The position numbers and the translations under genes were made by a program. A DNA stretch of 64,000 bases from Tubiluchus corallicola (lineage: Eukaryota > Animalia > Priapulida), in NCBI GenBank assembly GCA_030141605.1, contig JAQGDQ010000841.1:1-64000 (forward strand), in the 5' to 3' direction. The notes under the pieces are model-generated. The model did no database searches and had not been told where the DNA came from. It saw only the letters and a list, made by a program, of their open reading frames with translations. Positions 62,560 through 64,000 of the stretch are shown one piece after another. Every line of letters begins with the position of its first letter. The first letter of the stretch is position 1.

Positions 62560-63220
62560 AAAAAGACTCGGATAAGCTTTTAAAAAACTTAATATTTCCA
62601 CATTATAATCATTTCAACATACTTAGTCTGTAAGATGAATTGTTAAATTATCTATATAATGTTATATCGTACGTCTTTTGGCTAGCTGGCTACTGAATTG
62701 TATTTCGATGTTGTTTCTAAATTCTGATAAATTTCTTTGTTTTATAACCTTTGATAATGAACAGTTTTGTTAGAAACAGGTCAGCAATAGATTCCACTTT
62801 GATGTAATTACATTTATTTGCCAAATATGGATAATGAAATTTTATAATTGCTACATGCTTGTCATTTTACTATTGTAACCCATCACCCATCATTGGCACC
62901 TGCATCGTATTATAATAATGTATTATAACCCGCCTCCTTCCACCCTTCCTGTGTGATCTAACCTTTCTCCCATTTCTATTTTTGTTCACTCATCCATTTT
63001 TTTTATCAGGTTCACACGACAGTGGGCTTATACAAGCCTTTAGCCCACTAAGCCTTCTCTAGCCCACTGCAGTACAATTATTATTTTATGATAACGATAG
63101 TGTATGAAACATAACAATTTAATATAGTAGATGTAATAATTTTGATGTCACTTTGTGGTTTATATTGTACTGAATGTGATAATAATAATAAATGAAAAAA
63201 AAATAAAATAAAATAATTTA
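62560..63220 (+). mobile_element. Degenerate CR1-group LINE 3' end
   Basis: Stem-loop cagtgggct...agcccactg followed by an AT-rich tail ending aataaa/(A)-rich. Confidence 0.3.
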
Positions 63221-63479
63221 TCAATCCAGTTAAAATCAAGAAATAATTTATGTTATTTCTTCCAGCACGCTGTATCCGAGCACAATGATTTCAGCATTCG
63301 AATACGTAGCAAACAATGAACGAAACAATGAGATCAAATTATGTGTACTAGCTCATTAAATATGCAAGATACGAAATGGGCCATTCGCTTCTTTGATTTT
63401 ACGAGAAAATTTGATAAACATTCAGCTAGGAGTCTGTTATGAGCAGGTATTAATATGACACTTGCAGATAGATTAATAC

Positions 63480-63641
63480 AATCATCATCATCATCATCAT
63501 ACGCCCGTCACGTCTATTGTAGACATTGGGCAGGCAGAATTCTAAAATAAAAGAAATCTGCCTTCATACAGGTAAACGCAGCAGTAATCCAGCAAAAAAA
63601 CTAGACACTGCTATGCCAGTGGCTTGTCAGCACCACTACCG
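63480..63641 (-). mobile_element. Short interspersed repeat F with (GAT)n tail
   Basis: (atc)n-atacgcccgtcacgtc...gtggcttgtcagcaccactaccg. Confidence 0.7.
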
Positions 63642-63743
63642 AGGCATTAATACAATGCCGTAATGTAACTTTGTTTGAGTTTTACGTGTTTCAGCTTTGA
63701 TTAACAGTTTACTATAGATGAAAGTTTTATGAATAGATACTCT

Positions 63744-64000
63744 AAGTACTGTGGGATGTGAAAGCCACGCACCTGTCCTTCAACAAGTGCATAAGTTGGA
63801 AAGTAGGTTGAATAGGTACTGTAAGTACTGCGGGATGGGAAAGCCATACACCTGTCCTTCAACAAGTGCATAAGTTGGAAACTAGGTTGAATAGGTACTG
63901 TAAGTACTGCGGGATGGGAAAGCCACGCATCTGTCCTTCAACAAGTGCATAAGTTGGAAACTAGGTTGAATAGGTACTGTAAGTACTGGGGCATGGGAAA
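63744..64000. repeat. 78-bp tandem array running off the window end
   Basis: aagtactg(t/c)gggatg..aaagccac...ggttgaataggtactgt repeated more than 3 times. Confidence 0.92.

Overview
AT-rich, repeat-dense DNA from an invertebrate animal; CTCF-type motifs suggest a bilaterian. No prokaryotic features, CRISPR arrays, or intact tRNA/rRNA genes were found. Supported genes: (1) a doublecortin-like kinase with its whole 705-aa CDS in one exon (38616-40733, +); (2) a two-exon, divergent rolling-stone-like membrane protein (24519-21133, -); (3) a two-exon LRAT/NC-domain protein with catalytic Cys replaced by Ser (55358-57705, +); (4) an exon encoding a Cys/polyproline segment plus a transmembrane helix (2015-1720, -); (5) a BTB-BACK (BTBD3/6-like) pseudogene interrupted by a LINE fragment, whose 3' half is duplicated as a ~555-bp-arm inverted repeat. 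The rest is non-autonomous TTAA-targeting transposons (several Kolobok-like families, one piggyBac-like), other MITEs, SINE/LINE remnants, microsatellites and over a dozen tandem arrays. Most notable: the pseudogene-derived long hairpin, a hAT-like element with both termini tandemly amplified (one including the target-site duplication), a satellite with 17 CTCF-like motifs, a ~100-bp TTAA-to-TTAA duplication around one MITE, and a minisatellite that arose inside a MITE. Family assignments come from motif recognition by eye, not database searches.
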